Shown here: positions 1 through 13,100 of the stretch, one piece after another
Position numbering within the stretch: the stretch's first letter is position 1
Layout of the letters: every line of letters begins with the position of its first letter
Assembly: GCA_043228905.1 (NCBI GenBank)
Contig: JBHGNT010000017.1
Span: 15,624,001-15,688,000 of the forward strand
Length of the DNA: 64,000 bases
Source: Azolla caroliniana
Lineage: Eukaryota > Plantae > Polypodiophyta
Direction of reading: 5' to 3'
Notes under the pieces: generated by a model
The model's database searches: none
Seen by the model: only the letters and a program-made list of their open reading frames with translations
What the model was told of the DNA's origin: nothing
Program-made: the position numbers and the translations under genes

Positions 1-536
1 ATCTGGTGGGCACAAAAGACCTTGGTATTCTATTCGGCCCGAATGACATCTTAGGCGTAGTCGAATATACCGACTCTGACTTTGTGGGTTGCATAGACAG
101 CCGTAAATCGACAACCGGATATTGTTTCAAACTCAGTAATGGAGCCATCTCATGGAAATTGAAACTTCAGGAGTGCACTGCCACATCACTGACCGAGGCC
201 AAATACGTAGCCGCATCCGATGCAACGAAAGAGGCCTCATGGCTCCGTCGGCTGGCTTGCACGTTTCGACAATCCAAAATCGGCTCGGCTCCAACTGTGT
301 ACAGTGACAGTCAGGGTGTTGTTGCTCTGTCGAAAAATCTGGTTCATCACAACGTCTCCAAGCATATCGATGTTTGATATCATTTCGTTCGGGACTACGT
401 CATTATAGGGAAAATTGGTCTAGAGAAAATATCGACAACCGATAATGTTGCAAACGCATTAACCAAGTGCCTTTCAACGGATCGATTTCAATCACTTCGG
501 CATCGAATGGGCGTAATGAAGAACCAGTCTGATTAA
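1..536 (+). pseudogene. Copia pol C-terminus (end of RT plus RNase H), disrupted
   Basis: ORF 6-377 similar to the C-terminus of ORF 26047-30063; premature TGA at 375-377 where the intact relative has CGA; natural stop at 534-536. Confidence 0.9.
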
Positions 537-745
537 ATCGGACACTCAGGACGTTTCTCAGACAATAGACCTTGATAGTTCGAACTTCGGCTTCAGTCTC
601 TCCGAACTCGGCCAATCCGGCCTTCTGCTCTTCGGATTTCACTGACTCGAACGAATTCTCGATTGTTCGTAAACCTTGTATCAATCTGTATTGTACATTC
701 ATTTCGGTCTACAGATTTCAAATGTATACACCCATTATGGGGGAG

Positions 746-1076
746 TGTTGAATACGAGTTTCTAATGGACGTATTCACACCGTCTCCTTTTGTACACACT
801 AGGCTTAGGCTATTTATGTAAATAGTGAGAAGGGAAATTACCCTAAGTCAGTCAGCATATAAACTGACTTTATAACCCAGTTAGTGCTTGGTTGCTTTAA
901 GTTGTAATATACTCTTTACATTGTGCCTAACTATCTCTCTCTCTTTGGCGTACTAATTGTATTGTTTTTCTTTGTTGCTATAGATGTTACGATCTTGTAT
1001 CTACTGACGATCTTATAGGAGCTTATAGAAGAAGAGTGTTGATCTTGTTCCGCATTAGATGACGGTGATCCCAATA
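746..1076 (+). repeat. 3' LTR of Copia element A
   Basis: Starts TGTTGAATAC directly after the PPT; ends CCCAATA (decayed CCAACA); termini resemble element D LTRs; Gypsy integrase sequence resumes at 1077. Confidence 0.8.
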
Positions 1077-1601
1077 TCCCACACATCCGTACTGGCAGAT
1101 AACATCTTCGAGTAAGAATTTACACACCCCCGCCGTCATTTTTGTTTGCTAAGGCTCGCCTTAGGCCCGTGTCTGCGTTCTATCTTTCCATTAGCCTCTG
1201 GGTTATAAGCGATCGTGAGAGAGAGCTTCACTCCAATTCGTTCAAAGAGCTCCGTAGCTTCGTGAGTGTTCAACTCTCCTCTATCGGCCACTATCTTTCC
1301 TACACATCCGTACCGGCAAATGACATCTTCGAGTAAGAATTTACACACCCCCGCCGTCGTTTTGTTTGCTAAGGCTCGCCCTAGGCCCGTGTCTGCATTC
1401 TATCTTTCCATTAGCCTCCAAGTTCTAAACGGTCGTGAGAGAGAGCTTCACTCCAAGTCGTTCAAAGAGCTCTGTAGCTTCGTGAGCGTTCAACTCTCCT
1501 CTGTCGGCCACTATCTTTCCCACACATCCGTACCGGCAGATGACATCTCCGAGTAAGAATTTACACACCCCTGCCGTTGTTTTGTTTGCTAAGGCTCGCC
1601 C
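1077..1601. repeat. Tandem repeat of about 220 bp (about 2.4 copies) made of the Gypsy integrase core
   Basis: ACACATCCGTAC recurs at 1081, 1302 and 1522; the unit encodes RALANKTTAGVCKFL...VADRGELN...KIERRHGP. Confidence 0.9.
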
Positions 1602-3443
1602 TTCTACCTGGTTTATTAGGTCTTCTCTTGCTAGCACCAAATATTTCATTTGTCCTACTCCCATTGGCATTGAATCCAAATACACCATCCATTTGAAGTG
1701 TATGGTGAGTGGGTAGGTCGGGTGCAACTCGTCCCTATGACGTATGTTCGAGTGTATCTGGTAGCTTTCACATGTCCCCACGAAATGGGTGACATCCTTG
1801 TACATTCCCAGCCACCAATACTTCTCCTTTAACTTCTCGAATGTTGCCCACGTTCCTCTATGGCCTGCCCAAGGACTCTCATGGAACTCAGACACCAATG
1901 TTGTCTAGTCCTCTTCCTTGATGACCACTCGTTGTGGCATCTTTGCCCTTCTCTTTGGGTGCCTCCAGAGGAATCCCCCTTGTAGGAAGTACTTGTATGC
2001 TTTCTTTCGGACTCTCTGTGCTTCCTCCTTCGATCATGAACTATCCACCATCATTGAGCTTAAGAACTTGCCAATATGTAGCCACTCCCCTTCGTATTCA
2101 CTTTCGTTGAAGGCATGGAGTACTCGCACATCTCGATCATCTATAGACGCTTGGGCCGTCTTAAAGAAGTCAAGAGTGACATCCTCATCTTCAGACACCA
2201 TGTCGCTTTTGCCCTCAAATCTTGCCCTCGATAGCATATCTTCCATGGCATTGTTCTTCCCTGAAATGTGTTGAATCTCCGGGTTCATTGATTTGATGTA
2301 AGCAATCCATCTTAGCATAGCTAAGTCAGGTGTTGCACATCCCGAAACCATCCCTAGGATTGGAAGGCAATACGTCTCTATTACCACCTCTAACCCGATT
2401 AGGTAATCTTTATCCGCCTTCACTGCAGATACAATACCCCAAAGCTCACGTTTTACTTGGGAGTATCCTCATTGTCGCTCACTTAAGACCTTGGCTCCGA
2501 ACCGGATGGCGTAGCGTGCACCATCCTCTCATTCTTGGTTGATGACCCATCCGATCCCTGTTGGACTCATATCTACCGCCACGTAGATGGGCACCCCTTC
2601 CTTGTATACGACTTTTCGTAAAGTGGAACCGCTACCAACATTCCTTTGAGCCTCTTCACTGCCTCTGTGTGCTCTTCCTCCCACTTGAACTTCCGCCCCT
2701 TCTTGAGTAGCCCGTACAAAGGCTTGGCTAGGTGAGCATAGTGCAGGATGTAGATGTGGTAGAATGCACAGGCACCTAGAAATCGTCTCACTTCTATCTG
2801 TGATTTACATTCTTCCCTCATGTTTGTGATGACGTCCACCTTTTCCAGGGATGGCTTCCATCTGTACACCCCACACAAGTGTCCCACCACAAGAATCTCT
2901 GGTTGGCCGAATGTTGATTTCTGACCTGAGAAGGTCAAGCATGCATCTTCAAGTCTTTGTAGAACCTTCTCGCAATCGGAGATGTGATCTGCCACAAAAT
3001 GTCTGCACCCATCCTCATCTAAGGTTTCATCTTTCTCTACTTCAGAGCACCCTTTTATGAGGATGTCATCGAGGAATGGCATAGTGATGTCGGGGATGCA
3101 ATTTCTCAATACCTTATTCATTGCATTTACCATGTGGGCTACATAGTTAGTGCCTCCTTGTGGCAAGGTACACATTCACACTAGTACGATAGGGGTGTGC
3201 ATTGTCATGATGCCCCTACTCTCCACGGCTAGTTGGAATTGATAGTACCCCGAGTAAAGATCACCGATCGAATAAATAGACCTTCCAGTGAAGGCCTCAG
3301 CAAATTCATCAATGCTTGGCCCGACCCCTGCATTTCGAATTGCCATTTGATTAGCAGGTTGTAGGTCCTGGATGAAGCATAAGGTGTCATTCTTCTTTGG
3401 CACAGTGAACCACCAATTTGAGTATGGGGTTCTTGATGGCTCA
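1077..3443 (-). pseudogene. Gypsy pol fragments: RT, RNase H, integrase
   Basis: RT motifs IGDLYSGYYQ, LPQGGTN, FLDDIL; RH-like ISGKNNAMEDMLSR; integrase HHCC (H..PWAGH...C..YQ) and VADRG...KIER core; many stops and frameshifts. Confidence 0.9.
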
Positions 3444-3833
3444 TGTAAAGAATCAAGAGATGGATTCTGTGCAGCGGAATAGATATGAGTTTTGTATGTG
3501 TATGAGAGAGAGTGTGTGTGAGACAGAGACAAGGAGTAAGACATAGAGAATACGCAAGGTAAAGTATATTAACAAAGGAGAAAGACTCAACGTTATACAA
3601 GGTGGGAGGAGGGTGCTTTATATAGTCACCCTCTCTCTTCATTAACTACAAGACTCATGGAGCATGGGGAATGTGAAAACTCATAAGTTATGTGTCATAG
3701 AATATGATTCTATGACTCATACTAAATGCTAGAATACAAAGTGGTGACATATGGTGACTCTTGACTGTTGGAATGTCTATTCACTCTCAAGGTGAGTTCA
3801 CACACTAGACCAAGTTGAGCTTGATTCTCAACA
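3444..3833 (-). repeat. 3' LTR of Copia B (390 bp)
   Basis: TG...CA termini; near-identical to 14396-14790; adjacent PPT (CTTGAGGGGGCG on - strand). Confidence 0.95.
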
Positions 3834-4046
3834 CGCCCCCTCAAGCTCAAGTCGGGTCGGTTTCAGACGATATCCGAAATCCGCTTCAACTCGCATTTAT
3901 GCGGAGTTGTGGAGTTGCGGAATCCATGCTCCAACTTCTGTTATGCGTAGTTGCGAAGTCTGTGCTTCGGCTTGTGTCTTTCTTCGCAGCTTTGCGCGGT
4001 AGATCGACTCTTTGCGGCTTCGTTGCGCGGTTGCGGAATCCACGCA

Positions 4047-4192
4047 TTATTGCGTAGTGTCTTCAGTACTCCCCCTCAAGCTTGGCAGGTCAGGGATCGT
4101 CAATCCGAGATCGGTCATGAATTGCCATAGCTTGTCAGCTCCTAAGGCTTTAGTGAAGATGTCGACCGTTTGAAGATTTGTGCTAATGTGTT
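4047..4192 (-). pseudogene. Copia B RNase H C-terminus (resumes after element C insertion)
   Basis: Reads QHISTNLQTVDIFTKALGADKL...DLPSLRGSTEDTTQ*, continuing ...GDVDLQH from the 10143 side. Confidence 0.85.
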
Positions 4193-4520
4193 TGTTGAGC
4201 GGCAAGCTCAACCGGAGCCGGATTGGCTGAATAAGCCGGAGCCGGTAAGCGAGACGGATCGGGCGAAACGGATCGGTATTACGGTGAGCAACCGAACCGG
4301 CAAGCAGTGGAGGCCGGGTGCAATCCGTAACCGGAAGTCCAATCGGAAGCCTAGCATAGGATAGACTACTAGGTAGCTATAGTCTCGTAGTAAGTGTCAG
4401 ATGCTCGTGTGAGCATTGAAGTACATGGTACTTCTGTCAGTTCCAAGAGGACTTGTATAAATAGTGCTACTTAGCACAGTGTGTGTACAGAGTTTTGATA
4501 TAATTTTGAAATTGTGTTCT

Positions 4521-4561
<41 letters not shown>

Positions 4562-4601
4562 TGTTCTCTGTTTTACGCTTCCGCAAACACTTACGTTCAC
4601 A
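4193..4601 (+). repeat. 5' LTR of Copia C
   Basis: TGTTGAGC...TTCACA, TATA box (TATAAATA about 4455), (CT)n tract, followed by Met-i PBS. Confidence 0.95.
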
Positions 4602-4695
4602 TGGTATCAGAGCGCGAGGGTTGAGAACCTCTGCTGCAAACATTTACTCTTGAGAAGAAAACCCTAACAGGTCGAAAACAGACACAGTAGAAGAT

Positions 4696-7600
4696 ATGGA
4701 TAGAGGCATGGCTACGTCGCTCCCGGTGGAGAAGCTCGACAGGAGCAACTACGCATCCTGGTCTTACAAGATGCACCAGTACCTGCTTGGACATGGGTAC
4801 TAGAGTTATGTCGAAGGAGCGAATGATGTGGCGCCCGACTCGGCACACAAGGACTTCCCGGTATGGGAACAGGCGGCAAGCAGGGTGATGTACTCCTTCG
4901 CGTCCAGTGTCGGCGATCAGCTGCTCAGCCACATCCGTGACGCCAAGACACCGAAAGATGCTTGGGGGAACCTGAAAAAGGTTTTCGCCGCAAGCACCAC
5001 TGCCCGGAAGCTGCAACTCAAACAGGAGTTGAGCAATGTTCGACAGAAGAACATGTCCGTGGCAGACTACACGGGCCGGATAAAGGAAATCTGTGACTCG
5101 CTCGCCTCTATCAATGTTACCGTAGAGGAAGACGAGATGGTGCAAGTATGTCTCGGAGGCCTGGCGTCCAAGTTCGGAGCATTCCGGACTGCGGTGTGTA
5201 CAAGGGAGAATACCCCCTCATTCTTCGACTTACAGTCGATGCTCCTTGTAGAGGAGAACCACACCGGTGCATCTACCAGTGCATCCCCAGACAGCCAAAT
5301 GTTGTACACGGGAACGGATCGGCTCCGTGGTCGTGGTGGAAGAGGTGGGTCGGCACGCAATGGAGGCGGCCGGCAAGAGCAGGAACGAAGGCACTATGAG
5401 TGTGCCGACAGCAGTTCTGGGACTTCCACAAGCAGGGGGAGTCAAGGTGGTGCCGGAGGTCGGCAAGACAAATCCGTTATGGCATGCTGGTACTGTGGCA
5501 AAAAAGGCCACAGGGAAAGCGAGTGCTGGAGAAAGCGTGCCGATTCGGACAAATCCGGATCCGGCAAGACCGGTAAGGGTGGCCAGCAAAACTCGCACTA
5601 CGCAAACGGATCAAGAGGATCCAGAACCGGAAAGGCCGGTAACGGGCCAGCCTTGGTGATGAATCACAAGGCAAACTCAATGAAGAAGAACACTTCCAAA
5701 ACGGAGGAAGTGTGGTATGTTGATTCCGGCGCGTCGAACCACATGACGAGCCACAAAGAGTGGTTCTCCTTTCTGGAGAAACCAGATCAACCAGGAGTAG
5801 TTGAAACCGGAGACGACACTCCTCACCCAATCGTGCACGTCTAAGAAGTCCCTCTAAGCCACGTCGGACAGAAAGGGAAGCTGATGAACATATTACATGT
5901 TCCGACAATCACAAAGAACCTGGTGTCCGTCGGTCAGATTGTCGACCAGGGGATGCAGGTGCGGTTTATGCACCTCGGGTGCTTCATTGAGGATGAGGGC
6001 GAAGTCATTGCACAAGGGCGCAGAGACGAGATGATGTTTATCCTCAACACCAATGACTTTGGCACCGCTCTGTTCGCGAATCGACAGAAGGTCGAGTCGG
6101 ACATCGACCTGTGGCACAAGCGGATAGGCCACGTCAACTACCGGAGGCTTCAAGACCTGCAAACGAAACAAGTCGTCAGTTTGCCGAAGTTTAGCAGCCG
6201 GAGAGCTGAAATTTGTGAAGCTTGCCAACTTGGGAAGCAACACCGGCTTCCATTCCCCACCGAACGGAACCGGAGCCGTAACAAGCTCGATCTCATCCAT
6301 TCGGATGTGTGGGGACCGGCACAAAGTGTAAGCCTTGGCAGGAGCCGGTACTTCGTCTCCTTCATCGACGACTATACTCGACATACTTTGATCTACCTCA
6401 TTGAGTGGAAGAGCGAAGTCTTCAACTGTTTCTGGAGCTTCCAGAAGATGGTGGAACGGGAATCGGAGAGGAAGATCAAATGCCTTCGGTCGGATGGCGG
6501 AAAGGAATATTTTTCCGGCCAATTCACTAGTTATCTGCAGCAGAAGGGAATTCGGCGAGACTTCAGCTGCAGATACACACCGGAGCAAAACGGTGTGGCC
6601 GAAAGGAAGAACCGGACACTCGTCGAAGCGGCAAGGGCAATGCTGGAGGAGAAGAGCATGCCCCGGTTCTACTGGGCGGAGGCGGTCCGGACGGCCGTCT
6701 ACATGCAAAACCGCATTGGTGACAAGGTGTCAGCTCATGAGCTGTATTTCGGGCGCAAGCCGAACTTAAGACACCTTCGGATATTCGGTAGCATAGCGTA
6801 TGTGCATGTGCCGGATCAGAAGCGGAGAAAGCTGGATGCAAAATCGGAAAAATGCATCCTAGTCGTCTATGCTCAAGAGCGAAAGGGGTATAAGTGCTAT
6901 AACCCCCGGACGAAGGAAGTCCGAGTTAGTTGGGATGTCGAGTTTGATGAATCGGCATCCTGGTACTCCGTACCGACTCCGACTTCCGATCCCGACCCAA
7001 TGCTGGAAGATCAGGCCAGTGAGCCTGAATCAGCCCTGGCAGAGGATGATGAAGCCGGGACTCAGGATGAGAGTCCGGAATCGTTACGGTTGAGTGGACC
7101 GAACGAGCGACTGAGTCGGTTGGACCAGTTGGATGAAGAGACGGCAAGTGGTGGAGACTCTGCCGTGCTCTCCCCGCGCAAGGAACTGAGGAAATGGTTC
7201 ACGCGCAAAGAGAAGGGGAAGAGGAAGATGCCGGAATTCGAAACAGGCAACGATGAGTCGGATCGGTGCGTATCCGACTCCGGAATGGAGAAAGGCGGAT
7301 CTTCAGCAACGAAGACCGAACTGGCCAAGAAGGGCCGCAAATCAGGTGACGGTGCGTTGCACCGATCAACCCGCCAGAAGGATCTCGTCATGCGGTACGG
7401 GTACAATGAATACATGGCGCATCATTATGCGTACATGACTAAGGTGACAGAAGTGCATGAGCCGGAGAGCTACGCAGAAGCGGCAAAGAATGCAAATTGG
7501 CGTGCCACTATGGACGAAGAAATGCGGGCACTCGATGCCAACGAAACTTGGGACCTAGTTGATCCTCCCCGTCACTGTAAACCGATCGAATGCAAGTGGG

Positions 7601-9735
7601 TGTACAAGGTCAAGTACAACGCCGACGGTTCTGTTAACCGGTACAAAGCCTGGTTAGTGGCGAAGGGATACGCGCAGACCCACGGAATCGACTACGACGA
7701 GACCTTCGCTCCTGTGGCGAAGATGACGACGGTTCGTGTGGTACTAGCGGTTGCTGCGGCAAGGGGGTGGCATCTTCACCAGATGGATGTGAAGAACGCC
7801 TTCCTTCAAGGAGAGCTTGAAGAAGAAGTCTTTATGACTCAGCCCCCCGAATTTCAATCGGAGATGAACAAGTCAGCGGTATGCCAACTGAAGAAGTCGC
7901 TTTACGGCTTGAAGCAAGCCCCCCGAGCCTGGAACGCGAAGATCACGCACTGGTTGCGTAAGCTGGGGTTTGCTGTCTCTAAATCGGACTCTTCGTTGTT
8001 CATCCGGCAAGGCTCTGGCGGTCCGGTATGTATACTCTTGTATGTGGATGATTTAGTCATCACCGGACCGGGTCTTCCCGAAATCAACCGCGTCAAGTCC
8101 CAGTTGTCGGACGCATTCGAAATGAAGGACTTGGGGGACCTTCATTATTTTCTTGGGATCGAAGTGATCCGGACCCCCGACGGCATATTGCTCTCACAAC
8201 GACATTACGTGTTGAATATGTTGTATAAGTTCGGCATGACGGATTGCCGACCTGTCTCCACACCCCTGGACCGGAACCAGAAGCTCCGTCCCAACTCCGG
8301 ACCGGCCTGCAATGAGAAACGGTTCCGACAGGTGGTCAGAAGCCTGATTTACTTAACCATCACCCGACCCGACATCAGCTATCCGGTCGGCATGGTAAGT
8401 CAGTTCATGCAGAAGCCGACCGTGGAGCACCTTCAGTGCGCGCAACGAATATTACGGTATGTCAACGGCACTAAGGACTGGGGACTGCTATACCGGCGAG
8501 GTATACCCGAAGAGCTTGTCGGTTACACAGATGCTGACTGTGTCGGCGATGCGTCTGATCGCCGCTCCACTTCCGGATACATGTTCTCCATAGGTAGTGC
8601 GGCCGTTGCGTGGAGCAGCAAGAAGCAGCCCACAGTGGCTTTGTCAAGCACTGAGGCTGAGTACCGGGCCGCTACCGTTGCCACTTGTGAAGCCATCTGG
8701 CTTCGGCGACTGCTGCGAGACTTGCGAATCGAGGTACCGACCCCGATCCCGATTTACTGCGATAACATGAGCAGCCTGCAGCTCGCCAGGAACCCTGTGT
8801 TCCATGCTCGCACAAAGCACATCGAGGTGCACTACCACTTCGTGCGTGAGCGGGTCTTGAGCGGTGAAGTTGACCTACGCTATGTTCATACGGATCGGCA
8901 AGTTGCCGACATCTTCACCAAGCCGCTCGGATCGGACAAGTTGCAGCACTTTACCGACATGCTTGGTATTCAGCATCTCGATGTGCCGCACTTTAGGGGG
9001 AGAAGCAAGGGCAAAGTCTCTACCGAAACGGGCAAAGGCCAGAAAACTGTTGAACCCGTCGGTAAGAGGAGAGCCGGAAGAAGAGGAAACAAGAAGATGA
9101 AGGAAGCCGAGTCGACGAAGGAAGTCGACACATCCGAACAGGTCGGAGCAAGCGGCTGTGAAGAAGAGTTGTGCACTCAGGAAGAGAAGTGCATGCTGTG
9201 CGGAGGTCATCACGACGGTACTGACCATGATGCGGAGTCGAATGAAGAATTCGATTTCGGTTCACCGGCTGAAGAAGCTGAGGGAAGCATGGAGAAGGCC
9301 AAGACTCGGAAGTGGTCCGATCTGGTGAGAGGCCTGAAGCCGGAAGTCGAATCGGAGTGTACCGATTCGGACAAGAGCTGGAACGAGTCGGAGACAGCTG
9401 ACTCGGATCAACAGATGGATCTGGACGAGTCGGATCCTCTAAAGGCCAAGGGGACACGGACACAGCGGAAGTCGATGCCATCGTGGGAGAACCGACAGAT
9501 CGGCAAGCGCCGGAATCATAGCAGCATGAGTGCTTAGATGGGCCTATTGAGCAGACATGCCGACCGAGAGGGTCGAGGCGCGCAGAACCAAAGGGGTCGC
9601 GGCAAACGGGACCGGACCGGACGAGGAGCGCGAGCAAGGCGGAGTGACGCCAGGAGAAGTCGGTTGGAAGAACCGACTGCCACAGAGGTCGACACTACGA
9701 CCCCACCTCAGGTTGAGCTTGAGGGGGAGTGTTGA
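4696..9735 (+). pseudogene. Copia C gag-pol polyprotein, single frame with three in-frame stops
   Basis: Gag (UBN2-like), zinc knuckle CWYCGKKGHRESEC, PR YVDSGASNHM, GAG-pre-integrase, INT, RT YVDD, RH; stops at 4801 (TGG>TAG), 5842 and 9535; ORFs 4828-5844, 5884-9537 and 9538-9735 share one frame. Confidence 0.93.
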
Positions 9736-10057
9736 GCGGCAAGCTCAACCGGAGCCGAATCGGCTGAATAAGCCGGAGCCGGTAAGCGAGACGGATCAGG
9801 CGAAACGGATCGGTATTACGGTGAGCAACTGAACCGGCAAGCAGTGGAGGCCGGGTGCAATCCGTAACCGGAAGTCCAATCGGAAGCCTAGCATAGGATA
9901 GACTACTAGGTAGCTATAGTCTCGTAGTAAGTGTCAGATGCTCGTGTGCAAATTGAAGTACATGGTACTTCTGTCAGTCCCAAGAGGACTTGTATAAATA
10001 GTGCTACTTAGCACAGTGTGTGTACAGAGTTTTGATATAATTTTGAAATTGTGTTCT

Positions 10058-10103
<46 letters not shown>

Positions 10104-10142
10104 GTTCTCTGTTTTACGCTTCCGCAAACACTTACGTTCACA
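9730..10142 (+). repeat. 3' LTR of Copia C
   Basis: Direct repeat of 4193-4601, preceded by PPT and followed by TSD. Confidence 0.95.
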
Positions 10143-13100
10143 GTGTTGTAGGTCGACATCACCAGCTAGAACACGCTCTCGAATGAAGTGATAGTGCACT
10201 TCGATGTGCTTTGTCCGCATGTGGAACACCGGGTTCCGAGCCAGATAGATATTGCTCCTGTTGTCGCAGTAAAGGGAAGTCGGATCCTTGATGGGTACGC
10301 CCAAATCCTTGAGTATCCTTTTGAGACATACGGCTTCACATGCGGCCACTGTCGCACCCCTGTATTCCGCCTCTGTGCTCGAAAGAGCGACGGTTGGTTG
10401 CTTTTTGCTGCTCCAGGATATTGCTCCGTTGTCGAGAGAAAAAAAAAATACGGAGGTTGATCTTCTATCGGCTTTGTAGTCGGCCCAATCGGCGTTTGTG
10501 TACCCCTCGAGTCGTATTGGCATCGCGGTCTTGTAGAGAATGCCGCAATCCATTGTGCCGCTCACGTATCGTAAAACTCGCTTAGCGCAATCCAAGTGAG
10601 TATCATGCGGTGTTTGCATGAATTGGCTAAGAAGACCGACCAAATAACTGAGATCGGGTCATGTGATCGTGAGGTAGATGAGACTCCCGATGAGTTGCCG
10701 ATACTGAGTCGGCTCAAACGCTTCGGTGCCGGAGTTCACATCTAGTTTGAGATTACGATCGAGTGGGGTTGCCACGGATTTGCACTCAGCCATCCTGAAC
10801 TTGTATAACAAGTTGAGGATGTAGTGCCGTTGAGAGATCATGATTCCAGCCGGAGTCCAAATTACCTCAATGCCGAGGAAGTAGTGGAGCTCCTTCATGT
10901 CCGTCATCTCGAACTTGTCGGAAAGGAGGGATTTGACCTTATTGATTTCGACGAGATGCTCACCTCCAATGACTAGGTCATCCACATATAAGATGATGAC
11001 GATCGGACTTGCGGAATCGCTTCGTATGTAGAGGGAGTTGTCTGATTTTGACATACGGAAGCCAATTTGATGAAGATATTGCGTTATCTTTGAATGCCAA
11101 GCACGCGGTGCTTGCTTGAGGCCGTAGAGTGGCTTCTTGAGTCGGCATATAGCTTTCGGATGGGTGCTCGAGTTGAAGTCAGGTGGTTGTATCATGTGCA
11201 CCACCTCTTCTAATTCGCCTTGTAGACAGGCGTTCTTGACGTCCATTTGATGGAGATGCCACCCTTTCGCCGCGACAAGCGCAATTATGGTCCGTACCGT
11301 CATCATCTTTGCCACCGGGGCAAAGGTCTCTTCGTAGTCAACGTCGTGCATTTGTGCATAGCCTTTTGCTACGAGTCGCGCTTTGTAGCGGTTGACGGAA
11401 CCGTCGGCGTTGTACTTCACTTTGTAAATCCATCTGCATCCGATCACCTTTTTGTGTGGTGAGGTGGGAACGAGATCCCAGGTCTCGTTCTTGCGTTGTG
11501 CCTGCATCTCCTCGTTCATGGCGTCGATCCATCTTGGATCCTTGGCTACTTCAGAAAATGTTTCCGGCTCGCGTACTGTCGCCACCTTCATCATAAAGGC
11601 ATACTGATATGCCATGTAGTCGTTGTAGCCGAATCGGCTGAACAGATTCTTTTCACGGGTGGAGCGACGGAACTTTTCATTTGCAGAGATGAGGGCTTTC
11701 TTTGCTCCGATTGGTACATCAAAGCCGCCGAACTCACTGTCAAGTGAGTGAGTCGACTCATCATCGTCGAAGCGATCGTCTTCATATTTCGACATTTTCG
11801 CATTGCCTTTGTCCATCTTCAGGCTAGGTCGTGATGTGCTTTGATCGCTCGGGGGCTCTTGTGGCCCACTTAGCCTTGTGGTAATTGATCTATCTTCGAA
11901 CATGTCTTCAAGGCGATCTCCACCTTCTCGCTCTTGTTCGGCCAATTCAGCATCGATCGGGGTCGAAGTCGGAATCTTCTCTGGTGCGTACCAGGATGCG
12001 GATTCGTCGAACACGACGTTTTGACTTACTCGAACTTTTCGGGTAGATGGGTTGTAGCATTTGTACCCCTTTTGTTCGAGTGAGTATCCTACGAGGATAC
12101 ATTTCTATGACTTTGCATCTAGCTTTTGCCGCTTTTCGTCGAGTATGTGCACATTTGCTATCGTGCCGAATATCCGGGTGTGTGATAAGTCCAGCTTCTT
12201 TCTGAAGTATTTTTCGTGCGGAGTGACCTCATGCACTCCGTATGTTGTGCACCAGTTCATTAGGTAGACGGCCGTATTTGCAGCTTCGGCCCAATATGAC
12301 TTGGGCATATGCTTCTCGTTCATCATGGCCCGCATTACTTCGAGGATGTGCCGATTTTTGCGCTCAGCTACTCCGTTTTGTTGCGGAGTGTGTCGGCAAG
12401 TGAATTCTCGCCAAATTCCTTCCTGTCGAAGATATGCCATGAAATCATTTGAGAAGTACTCCTTGCCGCCATCCGATCAAAGGCATCATACATGACGACC
12501 AGTGGCTTTTTCGACTTCGTTTTTAAACCTTTGGAAGTGTCCGAACACTTCACTCTTTTGCCGCATCGGATAGAGCCACGTGTGCCTGGAGAAGTTGTCA
12601 ATGAAGAGCACGTAATATCGGCATCCGCCGAATGTAGCCGTCTGCGCCGGTCCCCATACGTCAGAATGGACTACGTCGAGTAGACCTTTGCTCACGTTCC
12701 ACTCTTTCGGGAATGGGTGTCGGTGTTGCTTGCCGAATTGGCACGCTTTGCATACACCTTCAATCTCCTTCTCTTTGAATCTCAGGAGTTCGATGACAAC
12801 TCCTTTCGATTTCATTGCTTTGAGTTTGTTGAGATTGATGTGGCCGATTCGCTTGTGCCATAGCTCTATGTCGGAGTCGGCTTTCATACTTTTTGCGAAC
12901 ATGGCGGATTTCATCTCGTGTGAATCGAGAATGAACATCCAGCCCTCTCTTCTTCCGCGCGCGATGATTCGGCCCTCTTTTTCGATGAAGCACCTTTCTT
13001 CGGAACATGCAAGACATTTTTAATGTATGTTTGCTTACATCTTTCGCCGAACGGAACATTGCCGATGTGCCGAATCGGGTGCATAGTGTCATCTCCAATT

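Larger units (their letters stand above)
1..1076 (+). mobile_element. 3' end of Ty1/Copia LTR retrotransposon (element A), inserted in the Gypsy integrase; 5' part outside the window
   Basis: RNase H motifs YTDSDF...RKSTTGYCF...ISWK...KHIDV, PPT (ATGGGGGAG, 737-745), then LTR TGTTG...CCAATA; same family as element D (25573-31023). Confidence 0.9.
4193..10142 (+). mobile_element. Ty1/Copia LTR retrotransposon (element C), full length, nested in the RNase H of element B
   Basis: LTRs 4193-4601 and 9730-10142 (about 9 substitutions by eye); perfect TSD GTGTT (4188-4192/10143-10147); PBS TGGTATCAGAGC 4602-4613; PPT TTGAGGGGGAG 9719-9729. Confidence 0.97.

Noticed and set aside
5842-5844. Stop between ORFs 4828-5844 and 5884-9537 as a programmed gag/pol readthrough
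   Set aside because: It lies inside the protease, and element E has GGA at this position, so it is a mutation
4597-9637. Long antisense ORFs (e.g. 5893-6708, 9020-9637) as extra genes
   Set aside because: Shadow frames of GC-rich gag-pol with no recognisable motifs
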